A stretch of 64,000 nt of DNA, from contig OZ024740.1 in assembly GCA_964016885.1 (NCBI GenBank), positions 156,302,001 to 156,366,000 of the forward strand, read 5' to 3'. Positions 37,786 to 50,842 of the stretch are shown in pieces. The stretch is from Eledone cirrhosa (lineage: Eukaryota). Numbering within the stretch: position 1 is the stretch's first letter; the number at the start of each line of letters is the position of its first letter. The notes under the pieces were generated by a model. That model saw only the letters and a program-made list of their open reading frames with translations. It did no database searches and had not been told where the DNA came from. The translations under genes were made by a program, and so were the position numbers.

Positions 37786-39013
37786 GAAAGAAAAAGAAAG
37801 AGATAGAAGGGAAGAAGGAAAAGAGTTAATACAAATTTGCTGAACTTAAGTTCAAAACCGAATTAACAACAACAACAGATATAGGGAGAATAGTGAGGAG
37901 AGAACGGAGGTCACAGCAATAAATTAATATGAATAAAAAAGTGACAAAGGCGCTGTGTGGTTCCTAATAAATATCATTCAGCCAATTTGGATTAATTCTT
38001 TGAAAACAAGTGCTCCGAAACAGGGAGAAATGAGGCAAAATGGGGAGATTTTACATAATGAAAACTATACCCATTTTCAGAAGAGAAAGCATCTCTCATC
38101 CACACCAAAGTAGGTAGGAGATCTCCCCGTCCGACGGGAAGAGTTATATATATATATATAACAACTTTTCTTTCAAACGTGTTATAATGAAGGCACGTCT
38201 GTGTTTGATGTAGGAAAATATAAACAATCATTAATGAAAAATGTACAAAAGCAGTACAAAAGTCTAAATGAAGTATAACTCATCGAGATTCCTAATTTTG
38301 AGTCATGCGTTTAAATATCTACAAGTATCTACAACATACGCCTATATTGAACAAATAAAATGGAAAGAACAAATTTGAATTCCAAGAAAAATTATTCGGA
38401 GCCAATCCCTACGCTGCACTTATAACTGAAAGGGCCAGCCTTGTCACACACACCGTGTCACGTTGAACCTACCTGAGAATTAAATTAGGAAGATGTGTAG
38501 ATTCTGTTTCACAGAGCTATTTGAAACTATATAATCAAAGACCCTGTAGTCATCAAACATTCCGAAAAGCTGTTTTGTCGCAACCATAAAGTCTACGGAA
38601 CTTAAAATAAATTCAAATTCATAATCTCCCTATGTAGAACCCTGAACCAACACACACCAATACCACACTCTTATGCAGTTCCTTAACCTCCTCCATTCTC
38701 CCCTTACTACCTTACAAACCATCATATCATTGACTGTAATTCCACTGGCTTTAGTCACTGTTAGACCCATCCCCTCATCATACGCAACACTCTAACGCCC
38801 ATCACTTCTACACAACGCACAAATAGTCCACCATGTGCTCCCTTTTACGTCTTCCCTTTGTATTTTCCCACGTAATCGTCACGTATTGTTTCACATGTAT
38901 CTCCCGCTCGATTTTCCTCATTTTTTCGCGTGAGTTTTCTAGTGTTTTTCCATGTACTTTCTTTGTAATTTTCTTATACTTTTCCCATATCCCCTTTAAA
39001 TCATATTCGTATT

Positions 39014-39235
39014 AGGGCGGTGGATTGGCAGTATTGTTAGAGCGTCAGACACCATGCTTTGCAGCATAGAGGTATGACCCTTTATGTTCTGATTTCAAAT
39101 CCCACCGAGGTTAGCTTTGCCTTCATCCTTACGGAGTCGATAAAATAAAGCATCAGTAATTACCTGGTTTCGATTTAATCGACTTTACCCTCCCTTCAAA
39201 TTGCAAGCCATGTGCCTAAAGTAGAAACAATTATT
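39014..39235 (+). mobile_element. SINE, octopus-type family
   Basis: Head, CORE-like block and tail match 23400-23588. Confidence 0.8.
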
Positions 39236-39315
39236 AGTATATCCTTTTTGTAAAATAATTTAGTATCACTCAATTATATCATCGTAGGATTTTATTGTAT
39301 CATTACAATATTACT

Positions 39316-39510
39316 GAGCGGTGGATTGGCAGAATCGTTAGAGCACCAGAAAAAAATATTTCGCCGCGTTCGTTCGGAGTTTTTATATATTGAGTTCAAA
39401 TCACTGGCTAAGTCAACTTGCTCTTCATCTTTCCGGACTCGATAAAATAGAGCACCAGATAATCAACTTTCCCCTTCCCTGAAATTGTGCCAATGTTAGA
39501 AAGAATTATT
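39316..39510 (+). mobile_element. SINE, more decayed copy
   Basis: GCGGTGGATTGGCAGAATCGTTAGAGC...GAGTTCAAATC. Confidence 0.65.
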
Positions 39511-39786
39511 TCCATGTTATATCTGCAGACCTATATTATGGATTTCCCATGGTTGCTAAAGGTGTCTTCGCTATTTCTAGACCCCTTCATTTCATCTTTA
39601 ACTTCACATCCTCAACTTCATCTTTCCTTTCCTACCATGTATCTCCGTTTACCGCTCACAACGAATAGCACTTAATCTTCAGCTCTCTTTCCATTTATTC
39701 ACCCTTTCCTTTTTGCTTCATATATATATACATACATGAGACAGTAGACTGGGATATATATGTTTCTAACTTAAGTACGGTGATAA

Positions 39787-39821
<35 letters not shown>

Positions 39822-40269
39822 TCTCTAATTTAAGAACGCCAAGACGCACACGCGCGCCAGTGCACACACACACACACACATGCTCTCATACACACGCAGT
39901 GTCATAAGGACTTTTGTGAAAGACAGAGAGAAAGAGAAGTAACGTTAAGAAAGGAGTTAGTTAAGAAGCATTTAATAAATAAATAAATAAAAGTTAGTTA
40001 TCGAACTATGCAATCATTTTTCTGTTTTCTTTCTCTCTCTTCCCTAACCGCCCTCTCTCTCTCTTTGGCTCTTTCTCTCTCTCTTTCTCACCCCCTCTTT
40101 CTCTCTTATACTCTCTCTCATCATCCCTTTCTCTCTTATTTCGTCACTCTCATCCCCTCTCTATCTTTCTCTACAGAATGAAGAACAAAAAAAACAAATA
40201 AGTTGTCTCGTTTTGAAGGACTGAGTTGTGGGAGGAGAAAGGAGAGTAGTGGGAGGGAGGGTTTAATAT

Positions 40270-40427
40270 CCCCATGGCTTCCATTATTGATTTTTATTAA
40301 AATTAGCCAGTCCTGTTCCTGAATATTAGCTTAACATGTGTGTAAAGTTTCATCAGGATCGGATTAATAGTTTAGACGCCAACTGGTTACACACAGACAG
40401 ACAGAAATTGCCATTTATATAGTAGAT
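40270..40427 (-). mobile_element. Helitron-like 5'-end fragment
   Basis: The minus strand reads ATCTACTATATAAA...(TCTG)n, resembling the 5' end at 23389. No 3' end was found. Confidence 0.4.
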
Positions 40428-40808
40428 AACGTCTACCCTTTCATTATAATTTATTTTGGTTTGAATTTTCTCCATGAGCTGAAATATTTTAATATATCTA
40501 TTACCATCAATTAATATCAGAAGGTTTCTTTAAATTAGAAATTATAAATTTTTTTTTATTCAAGTCACGAAAACGCTATATTTTAAAACTGTTATCCCAT
40601 CATCATATATAACAAATAGTTAATCGCTCTAATTTAAGCCATGTCATTAGAATGGCCCCGTCATTCTTGCTATTGTGTTGGCATGTAAACAGAACTGCAT
40701 GCATATATATATATATATTTACATACACACATATACATACATACATACATACATACATACACGCACACACACACACATATATATATATATATAGTTTTAA
40801 TATAGATG

Positions 40809-40859
40809 AGATTCTACAGGACTAGAACTGTTTCATTCTTTAGAAATCATCAGGAATCT
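40809..40859 (-). ncRNA. Hammerhead motif family A
   Basis: Same as 9721-9769, with helix I extended to AGAUUC/GAAUCU. Confidence 0.7.
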
Positions 40860-41184
40860 GGCTTTCCAAAGATAAATGTTGTGGTATTTATATCTTTTCA
40901 AGTTGTAGGAGAGGGTGGGAGGTGGAATGGGTGGAGGTCATTGGTTGAAATAAAGGGGAATTCATTAAAAGCTAATTCATTTTTTCTTAAACGCCAGCCG
41001 ACAAAATAGCCCCTCTACCTCCTTCCCACCCCACCCCTACCCTCCTCAGCCTGAAACACGCCACTATGGTTATGTAACTACTTCTTACCTATCTGCATTT
41101 TCTGCTTGTAGAGCTGTTTTTATGTGCCTGTGTAAATGTGTATATTTATGAGTACATGTTTCTATGTATATGTATGTGTGCATG

Positions 41185-41288
<104 letters not shown>

Positions 41289-41435
41289 TATACTTTGGGA
41301 GGGTCGTGTTGCCAATAAGAAACACACGCACCAGTTGCTTTCACTTCAATTTATTATAATAAATTTATAAATTGAGGAATTTATAAATTTCCGGTTGGTT
41401 GGTTGGTTCCACAACCGGATGGTTGTTTATATATT

Positions 41436-41478
41436 GTCAAAGTTCTTTCGTCACACATTCTGTGACCTCTTCAGTGAA
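41436..41478 (-). ncRNA. Hammerhead motif family B in a rearranged pLTR fragment (41290-41540)
   Basis: UUCA-CUGAAGA-G-GUCAC AGAAUGU GUGAC-GAAAGAACUU-UGAC. Confidence 0.65.
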
Positions 41479-41683
41479 TGGGGATTCTTTTCTTTGTTTT
41501 TGTGCCTCTCCAACTTGCTAAACAAATTCAGAAACGAAATTTATATATATATATATATATGAATGAAGTTAATATGTCCAAGGATACTAAGTACCCCTAG
41601 AAATACATAGGTTGTCTATGATTCAAGGTTGTTCAATGGTATTAATTTGACATACCAGAACTTTAATATATATATATATATAT

Positions 41684-42386
41684 AATTAAGTTAAAAATGT
41701 ACATCCACATATGTATACTGAAATACTAGTATGCATATGAATACACACACGTATACATATGTAGATGTACCGAGTTTTTCACTGGTCACTTTACTGTGAG
41801 TGTCCAGCTATTCTGTATGTAAACACACAGACAAACCGGTTTTTAGAGTCATACTGGTTTTTGAGGAAACACCTTTCCTCTATTCTCCAGAAAGCCAGAC
41901 AAGGAATATTGAACTAGTTTCGATGTTGTTACATCTCATCAGCAATATTTACCTATCTTCCGGCCTCTCTAGAGAATCGTAAAAGCACATATCGTTATAT
42001 GCTTTTTCTATGAAAATTAGTAGTGGGCAGACCAATTTGCATAGAGCGTGAGTACGTACCGGTTCAACGGAGACGATAAAAACAAATAACGAAACGAAAT
42101 TAAATTTCGTTTCGTTTGTAACTCACTTTTGTATGACTGACGCTTAAACAATTAAGTTAAAAATGTACATCCACATATGTATACTGAAATACTAGTATGC
42201 ATATGAATATACACACGTATACATATGTAGATGTACCGAGTTTTTCACTGGTCACTTTACTGTGAGTGTCCAGCTATTCTGTATGTAAACACACAGACAA
42301 ACCGGTTTTTAGAGTCATACTGGTTTTTGAGGAAACACCTTTCCTCTATTCTCCAGAAAGCCAGACAAGGAATATTGAACTAGTTT
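41684..42386 (-). mobile_element. 1.5-mer of a 466-nt non-coding HHR-bearing unit (retrozyme-like or tandem pLTR)
   Basis: 41684-41920 repeats at 42150-42386 (period 466) nearly identically. The partial copy stops inside the HHR. Confidence 0.7.
41905..41949 (-). ncRNA. Type-I minimal hammerhead ribozyme motif, fully canonical
   Basis: AAUAUUG-CUGAUGA-GAUGU AACA ACAUC-GAA-ACUAGU-U-CAAUAUU. 7-bp helix I, 5-bp helix II and palindromic helix III. Confidence 0.82.
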
Positions 42387-44515
42387 TACAAATAAGCTTT
42401 GACGCAGCCTATTAAAATGCAACAATTGTTTTTGGAAGTCATCCGGATAGTGAATTGTTTATATAACTTTAATAAGTCATAGTGTTAAGGACAATTAGAA
42501 AAAGACGGAGAGAAAGAAAAAAAGAGAGAAAGAAAAAAACGTGGAAAAATATCGGAGAGAGAGAGAGATGCATGGAGAAAAAAAGAAAGAGATAAGTAAA
42601 GACAGGAGGAAAGGAAGAAAGAAGAAAAAAAGGAAGAAATAAGAAAAACAGAGGAAAGCAACAGAGAGGTGTTAGGTCAACAGACAGATAGAAAAACTCA
42701 AGAGAGAGAAATGTTATATATAGAGAGAGGGAGATTATGAAAACTTTACGTCATGTCATGTTAAGTTGAGTTAACAATTCATATGAAATGAATAATAAAA
42801 ATATAAATATTAATATTCATGAATGGGACATAGATATATAATAATATGAGAAATTAAACATTGTTTAATAATGACTATATGTTTAGTTTAAACCTTGAGA
42901 TCAATATACCAAAATTTTGGGTTTAATCTCCAAAATGTACACATTGCTAGAGAAGGAAACACAAATATATATATATATATATATATATACGCACGTCCTG
43001 AAAATAGAAATTATATTTACTCAAGTCAACATATAAAGCGCAGACGATTTCTCTTAATCACTGCTATACATTCGTTGTCTTATAAAAAGTTCACAGTATA
43101 TATACACATAAATATATACGATTAACATTCATGACTTCGTATATATGATTACCATTCATGCATTTAACATTTCTGCAATCCAAACTGCGTGGTTATGCAA
43201 CATAACGTTTACCCACACATATACATACACACACATATATACATATACACCTATATATGTATAAATAAATATCTGCGTGCGTCATCAGGCATCGCTCATG
43301 TATACATACAGACATATATACAATCATAAAAAACCTATAACACTTTTATATGCATGTTAATACACACATATACTTTTGTATAGAGATAATCAAATATCAA
43401 TATATTACTAAGGATTATACTTTGGAAATATAATTAATATTTAGTGAGAAAATAAAAAACCATAATATGTTTCTAGTTCTATTTCTTTTTCGGCTTTTGG
43501 AATTATTGTAATGTTTTCTATTATAGTTGCTAAAGTTGTTACCATAATTAAAATTGTTATTATTTTGGTTAGTTTGCTTATTATTATTATTATTATTATT
43601 ATCAATGTATTTAATTTCATTTCTATATCCAGCTCTACCTAACGCTTCGTTGTAATACTGCGCTTTTTCATCAAATATATTTTTATTAGATGAAATTCTT
43701 GAAATTCTTTCTTGAACAGAGTTCACTATAGTATTTTTAACAGATCTGGGGTGATTAGAGTTAAAATTAACATAATTCAAGTTCTCATTTAGTTTGTGAA
43801 ATGGATAATGAAGACATGTGTTGAGATTTAGTGTTACGTCAAGAAAATTTACTATTTTATGGTTATTCTCTATTTCTACTTTTAGATTATGGTAATTAAA
43901 AAATTGTATAATTTGTTTTCTTTTCCTATTTAGTTCACAGCTATTATTTTGTATAAGTAAAAGCATGTCATCACGATATAAGCCTCCGGTTACACCTGGT
44001 ATTTTTCTATGTAGCGAATTAATTATAAATAGGCTCACAAGGTCCGTTACCTGAGCTGAGTCTGATGATCCCATAGTTATGTCGAAATTATTATTTCTAT
44101 CTGCTCTAGTCCAGAGTTGGTTATTAAATTCTATCAATGTTTTCCTTGCCGATAATATAATGTGCATTTCATTGCTAGTTAGGTCAGTATGTTTAAATGC
44201 GTAATTTAGTGCCTTATTCAGTAGATTAGGAGTGATAGATGAGTAGTAGTTAGCAATATCCAGCTGAATAAACTTATTATTATAGTTATATTTAATTTCT
44301 TTAAACCAATCGATAACCTCACTAGTCCCTTTCCATAATTTTAAGTAAGACAAATTAGGTAAGTTTTTAATTTGTTGTATTACCCTGTCTAGAATATTTT
44401 TACTAAGTTTGCCCAGGTCAGATTTAGATGGTGCAATTAATCTGACTGGTAAATCATTTTCAAAGTTTCTTTTGTGATCCTTCATATTGATCTTAGGTTT
44501 CCTAGGCATGAAGGC
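42385..44515 (-). mobile_element. PLE, left arm of head-to-head dimer (RT part, GIY-YIG deleted, 3' UTR)
   Basis: ORF 43415..44509 is nearly identical to the right arm. 42385-43435 is the reverse complement of ~46475-47535. Confidence 0.9.
43415..44509 (-). pseudogene. PLE reverse transcriptase fragment
   Basis: [33 protein letters not shown] and VNFLDVTL. Homology breaks after RNILWF. Confidence 0.88.
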
Positions 44516-44541
44516 ACATTATATTATCGGCAAGGAAAACA

Positions 44542-45876
44542 TTGATAGAATTTAATAACCAACTCTGGACTAGAGCAGATAGAAATAATAATTTCGACAT
44601 AACTATGGGATCATCAGACTCAGCTCAGGTAACGGCCCTTGTGGGCCTATTTATAATTAATTCGCTACATAGAAAAATACCAGGTGTAACCGGAGGCTTA
44701 TATCGTGATGACATGCTTTTACTTATACAAAATAATAGCTGTGAACTAAATAGGAAAAGAAAACAAATTATACAATTTTTTAATTACCATAATCTAAAAG
44801 TAGAAATAGAGAATAACCATAAAATAGTAAATTTTCTTGACGTAACACTAAATCTCAACACATGTCTTCATTATCCATTTCACAAACTAAATGAGAACTT
44901 GAATTATGTTAATTTTAACTCTAATCACCCCAGATCTGTTAAAAATACTATAGTGAACTCTGTTCAAGAAAGAATTTCAAGAATTTCATCTAATAAAAAT
45001 ATATTTGATGAAAAAGCGGAGTATTACAACGAAGCGTTAGGTAGAGCTGGATATAGAAATGAAATTAAATACATTGATAATAATAATAATAAGCAAACTA
45101 ACCAAAATAATAACAATTTTAATTATGGTAACAACTTTAGCAACTATAATAGAAAACATTATAATAATTCCAAAAGCCGAAAAAGAAATAGAACTAGAAA
45201 TATAATATGGTTTGCCCCCCCTTTTTCACTAAATATTAAAACCCCTATTGCTAAACTATTCTTTGAAGCTCTTGACAAACGCTTCCCTAGAACACATAAA
45301 TATTACTCAATTTTTAATAGACACACTATAAAATTAACTTACTCGTCCACCAAAAATTTAGCACAAAATATTAATAGAATTAATAATAGAAATTTAAAAC
45401 CTAACCAAAATACCAATAATAACCCAAGCAATGTTCAATTGCATAACTGTAACTGTAGAAATAAATCTAACTGTCCGTTAAATAACAACTGCTTAGCTAA
45501 AAATGTAGTGTACAATTGTAATGTTAAAACTAATTTAAATTCGTTCAACTATGTTGGTTCTACCTCGACTGAATTTAAATTTCGCTTCAATAATCATAAA
45601 AATTCGTTCACAGATCCAAACAAAAAATCTTCAACTTCGCTATCTAGCCTACTATGGGACCTAAAACGAGATAATGTTAAATATTCGATGACTTGGAATA
45701 TTACTTCAAAAGCTACTCCTTTTAATTCCTCTTCTGAAAATTGTGATCTTTGTATTGAAGATATATTCTTTATATTAAAGTCCAAAAATTCCCTTAATTT
45801 AAGGAACAATTTATTCAGTTGCTGCAGACATAGATTGAACTCAACGTTTAAATATAAATATAAATTTAAAATGTAG
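44542..45876 (+). CDS. PLE RT C-half + CxCx5Cx5C + GIY-YIG endonuclease, 5'-truncated
   Basis: LYRDD, WFAPPFS, CNCRNKSNCPLNNNC, VVY...YVG, CDLC and CRH. Confidence 0.88.
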   Translation: MIEFNNQLWTRADRNNNFDITMGSSDSAQVTALVGLFIINSLHRKIPGVTGGLYRDDMLLLIQNNSCELNRKRKQIIQFFNYHNLKVEIENNHKIVNFLDVTLNLNTCLHYPFHKLNENLNYVNFNSNHPRSVKNTIVNSVQERISRISSNKNIFDEKAEYYNEALGRAGYRNEIKYIDNNNNKQTNQNNNNFNYGNNFSNYNRKHYNNSKSRKRNRTRNIIWFAPPFSLNIKTPIAKLFFEALDKRFPRTHKYYSIFNRHTIKLTYSSTKNLAQNINRINNRNLKPNQNTNNNPSNVQLHNCNCRNKSNCPLNNNCLAKNVVYNCNVKTNLNSFNYVGSTSTEFKFRFNNHKNSFTDPNKKSSTSLSSLLWDLKRDNVKYSMTWNITSKATPFNSSSENCDLCIEDIFFILKSKNSLNLRNNLFSCCRHRLNSTFKYKYKFKM

Positions 45877-46927
45877 TATAATTAATTAAGTAATTTAGTT
45901 AATATATAAAACCTGTCGATAAATCATTAGATTCCTTCACCTTTTTCTTTTTAAACTTTCTTCCTAAATATAAACATAGATATAATAAACTACTTTAAAA
46001 CATCTACACTTACAATATCTTAAATAAAATATACGTAGGATAAATTTCTATACTAAATATAAAGATATCTGTAGAATCCTTGGTTTTTTTAATCTTTTAA
46101 ATTTTTGAATTTTGAAAGTGTTTTAAATTCTTTTTAAAATTTTTTTAAATTTTTAGATCTTTAAAATTTTTTTATTTTTATATTATATTGATATAATATT
46201 TATTTAACTTCTATTTAATTTTATTTTTATTTATTTTTATTAGTTTTGCTTTGATTCTGATAGCTTCTCATAATTCTCATAAGTCTACTCTTTCAATATC
46301 TTGATTTTCTATACTAAATATATGAAACATATTATTTTAACTTAAGATACTCTATAGTGTTTTAAAGATATTTAATGGTTTGACATTTCTAGAATTCGTT
46401 TGTCCTTTTGACTATACTGATATAGTTGTATTTCCAAAATATAATCCTTTAGTATTTTAAATTTGTATTGGTATAATTATATTTCCAAAGTATAATCCTT
46501 AGTAATATATTGATATTTGATTATCTCTATACAAAAGTATATGTGTGTATTAACATGCATATAAAAGTGTTATAGGTTTTTTATGATTGTATATATGTCT
46601 GTATGTATACATGAGCGATGCCTGATGACGCACGCAGATATTTATTTATACATATATAGGTGTATATGTATATAGTGTGTGTATGTATATGTGTGGGTAA
46701 AAGTTATGTTGCATAACCACGCAGTTTGGATTGCAGAAATATTAAATGCATGAATGGTAATCATATATACGAAGTCATGAATGTTAATCGTATATATTTA
46801 TGTGTATATATACTGTGAACTTTTTATAAGACAACGAATGTATAGCAATGATTAAGAGAAATCGTCTGCGCTTTATATGTCTATATTGTTGACTTGAGTA
46901 AATATAATTTCTATTTTCAGGACGTGC

Positions 46928-46967
<40 letters not shown>

Positions 46968-47547
46968 GTGTCTTTCTCTAGCAATGTTTACATTTTGGAG
47001 ATTAAACCCACAATTTTGGTATGTTTAAACTAAACATATAGTCATTATTAAACAATGTTTAATTTCTCATATTATTATATATCTATGTCCCATTCATGAA
47101 TATTAATATTTATATTTTTATTATTCATTTCATATGAATTGTTAACTCAACTTAACATGACATGACGTAAAGTTTTCATAATCTCCCTCTCTCTATATAT
47201 AACATTTCTCTCTCTTGAGTTTTTCTCTCTCTCTGTTGACCTAATATCTCTCTGTTGCTTTCCTCTATTTTTCTTATTTCTTCCTTATTTTTTCTTCTTT
47301 CTTCCTTTCCTCCTGTCTTTACTTAACTCTTTCTTTTTTTCTCCATGCATCTCTCGCTCTCTCCGATATTTCTCCACGTTTTTTCTTTCTCTCCGTTTTT
47401 TCTTTCTCTCCGTCTTTTTCTAATTGTCCTTAACACTATGACTTATTAAAGTTATATAAACAATTCACTATCCGGATGACTTCCAAAAACAATTGTTGCA
47501 TTTTAATAGGGTACGTCAAAGCTTATTTGTAAAACTGTTATATATTG

Positions 47548-47612
47548 TATTTTGTCTGATGAGGGCATACCATAATTTAATTTGGTATCCCTGAAATATG
47601 TATAATGAAATA
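47548..47612 (+). ncRNA. Hammerhead motif family C in 3' pLTR
   Basis: UAUUUUGU-CUGAUGA-GGG C AUACCA...UGGUAU CCC U-GAA-AUAUGUAU-A-AUGAAAUA. Confidence 0.7.
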
Positions 47613-47759
47613 GATATGGTTTTATAAATATAGTTTCCATTTATTAACATCGTATATATATAAATATATATATATATAAAAGTTCTGGTATGTTAAATTA
47701 ATACCATTGAACAACCTTGAATCATAGACAACTTAGTATCCTTGGACATATTAACTTCA

Positions 47760-48920
<1,161 letters not shown>

Positions 48921-48976
48921 TTTATATATATATATATATATGTGTATATATGAGTGTATGTGTATATGTATATATG

Positions 48977-49007
<31 letters not shown>

Positions 49008-49160
49008 ATATATATATATATATATACATGTAAAGTTATATTTAAAATTGTTGGGTTACAACTAGTAAATATTTATAACTGATATAAAAGCACTCGACAA
49101 ATACTTGGAGTATATTTACAATATTAAATAAATGGAAAACTATATTTATAAAACCATATT

Positions 49161-49226
49161 TATTTCATTATATATATTTCGGGGATATCATATTAACAAT
49201 ATGCTATGCCTTCATCAGACAAAATA
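49161..49226 (-). ncRNA. Hammerhead motif family C (3' pLTR, sense to the ORF)
   Basis: UAUUUUGU-CUGAUGA-AGGCAUAGCAUAUUGUUAAUAUGAUAUCCCC-GAA-AUAUAUAU-A-AUGAAAUA. Confidence 0.65.
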
Positions 49227-50842
49227 CAATATAAACAGTTTTATAGATAAATATATTCGACATACCGTAATAAACATCAACTTCATTTGAAGAGGTTCAC
49301 TCTAGCAGTGAAAATACAGAGAGAAAGAAAGAGAGAGAGAAAAGAGGGAAATAAGAAAGAAAGAAAGACAAAACGAAGAAAAGGAAGAAAAAGAAGAAAT
49401 GCATGGGACAAAATAGAGAGATGGAAAAATAGATAAAGCGAAGAGCTTCATGTAAAGAGACCGAAAGAGATATATATATATATAGAGAGAGAGAGGAAAT
49501 AGAGATAGATACATATATAAATATAGATATAGAAAAATTAGGTAGTGGGAGGTCATTTTGAGTAAGTGTATCAATGATGCATTTATTTATTTATTTATTT
49601 ATTTATTTAGCTCAAGTATTAATGTAAGGGAGATATAGAGAGATATAGAGAGATATATAGAGAGAAAAATTTAAAAATAGCCAGACATATTCGAGGCGTA
49701 GAAAACCCTATGTTTTAATGTATTAGTATTTATAAAACTTACACTATATTGTAAATATCAGTATTCCTGAATGAAACAAGTATTCACAATGCGTGAAAAT
49801 TCATTATCTTATGTTTAGTTTTTTAAAAATTCATATGTCTATGTGAATCCAACTGATTCACTCCGCAAATTCAAAGTTACCGGAAAACATTCTCAATGTG
49901 GTATAAACATTTGAGCGTATTATTATTCTTGCGATTACTCTACAAGATTATCTATCAAGCAGAAATAGAGAGCAGATTTCAATATACTAATCGAAAATAT
50001 ATATTATATTATAAGCAGAGATAACAATAATAATGATAATAAGTAAAAATATATAAAAATATAAAAATATAGAATAGAAAACTAAAAAAGAAAAAGAATA
50101 TTACGAAAGAATATTACATAATAAAAATATTGCATATTAAAAATACTACGTATTAAAAATATTACGTATTAAAACTTTACATATAACAATATTAAAAATA
50201 TTAAAAATATTAAAGATATTAAAAATAAAAATTTACATATATAAAAAAAAAAAAAAAATTTACATATAAAAATATTAAAAATAAAAATAAAATAAAATAA
50301 AAAATAAAAATATAAAAATATTATAGAATACTACAATACTAAAAGAATAAAAATAAAAATACAAATAAAAATAAATAAAAATAAAAATAAAAATAAAAAT
50401 AAAAATAAAAATAAAAATAAAAAAATGAAAATAAAAAATAAACCACAAAGAACAACCCTTCAAGGTTAATTGACAATATATTGCCAAGTTCACTACAAGA
50501 CAAAGCCAAAAATTATCTATCAAATCACATCTAGCAAGGAATATCGCAAAAAAAGATTATGATGTCCAATAATGTCTACATATGTTCCTATATTTAATAT
50601 ATAAGTTTATCAAGTGTAAGGTTAATTCAGAAAATTTGGAGCATCGGCTTTTAGGGTAGCTTAATTTTTCATGAGGAATGTTTAGATAAAAATAAAAATA
50701 AAAATAAAAATAAAAATAAAAATAAAAATAAATACAATAAAAAAAATAAACAATAAAAAGAGTAAAAAGAGGGAATCAAAGATTTAGGAATCAAAAGATT
50801 TATCGGCTAGTTCTCATATAAATATAAATCAAACTAAATATA

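Noticed and set aside
46622-46640. CTGATGA motif (and its inverse at ~43282) as a hammerhead
   Set aside because: No downstream helix II-GAAA-helix III can be formed.
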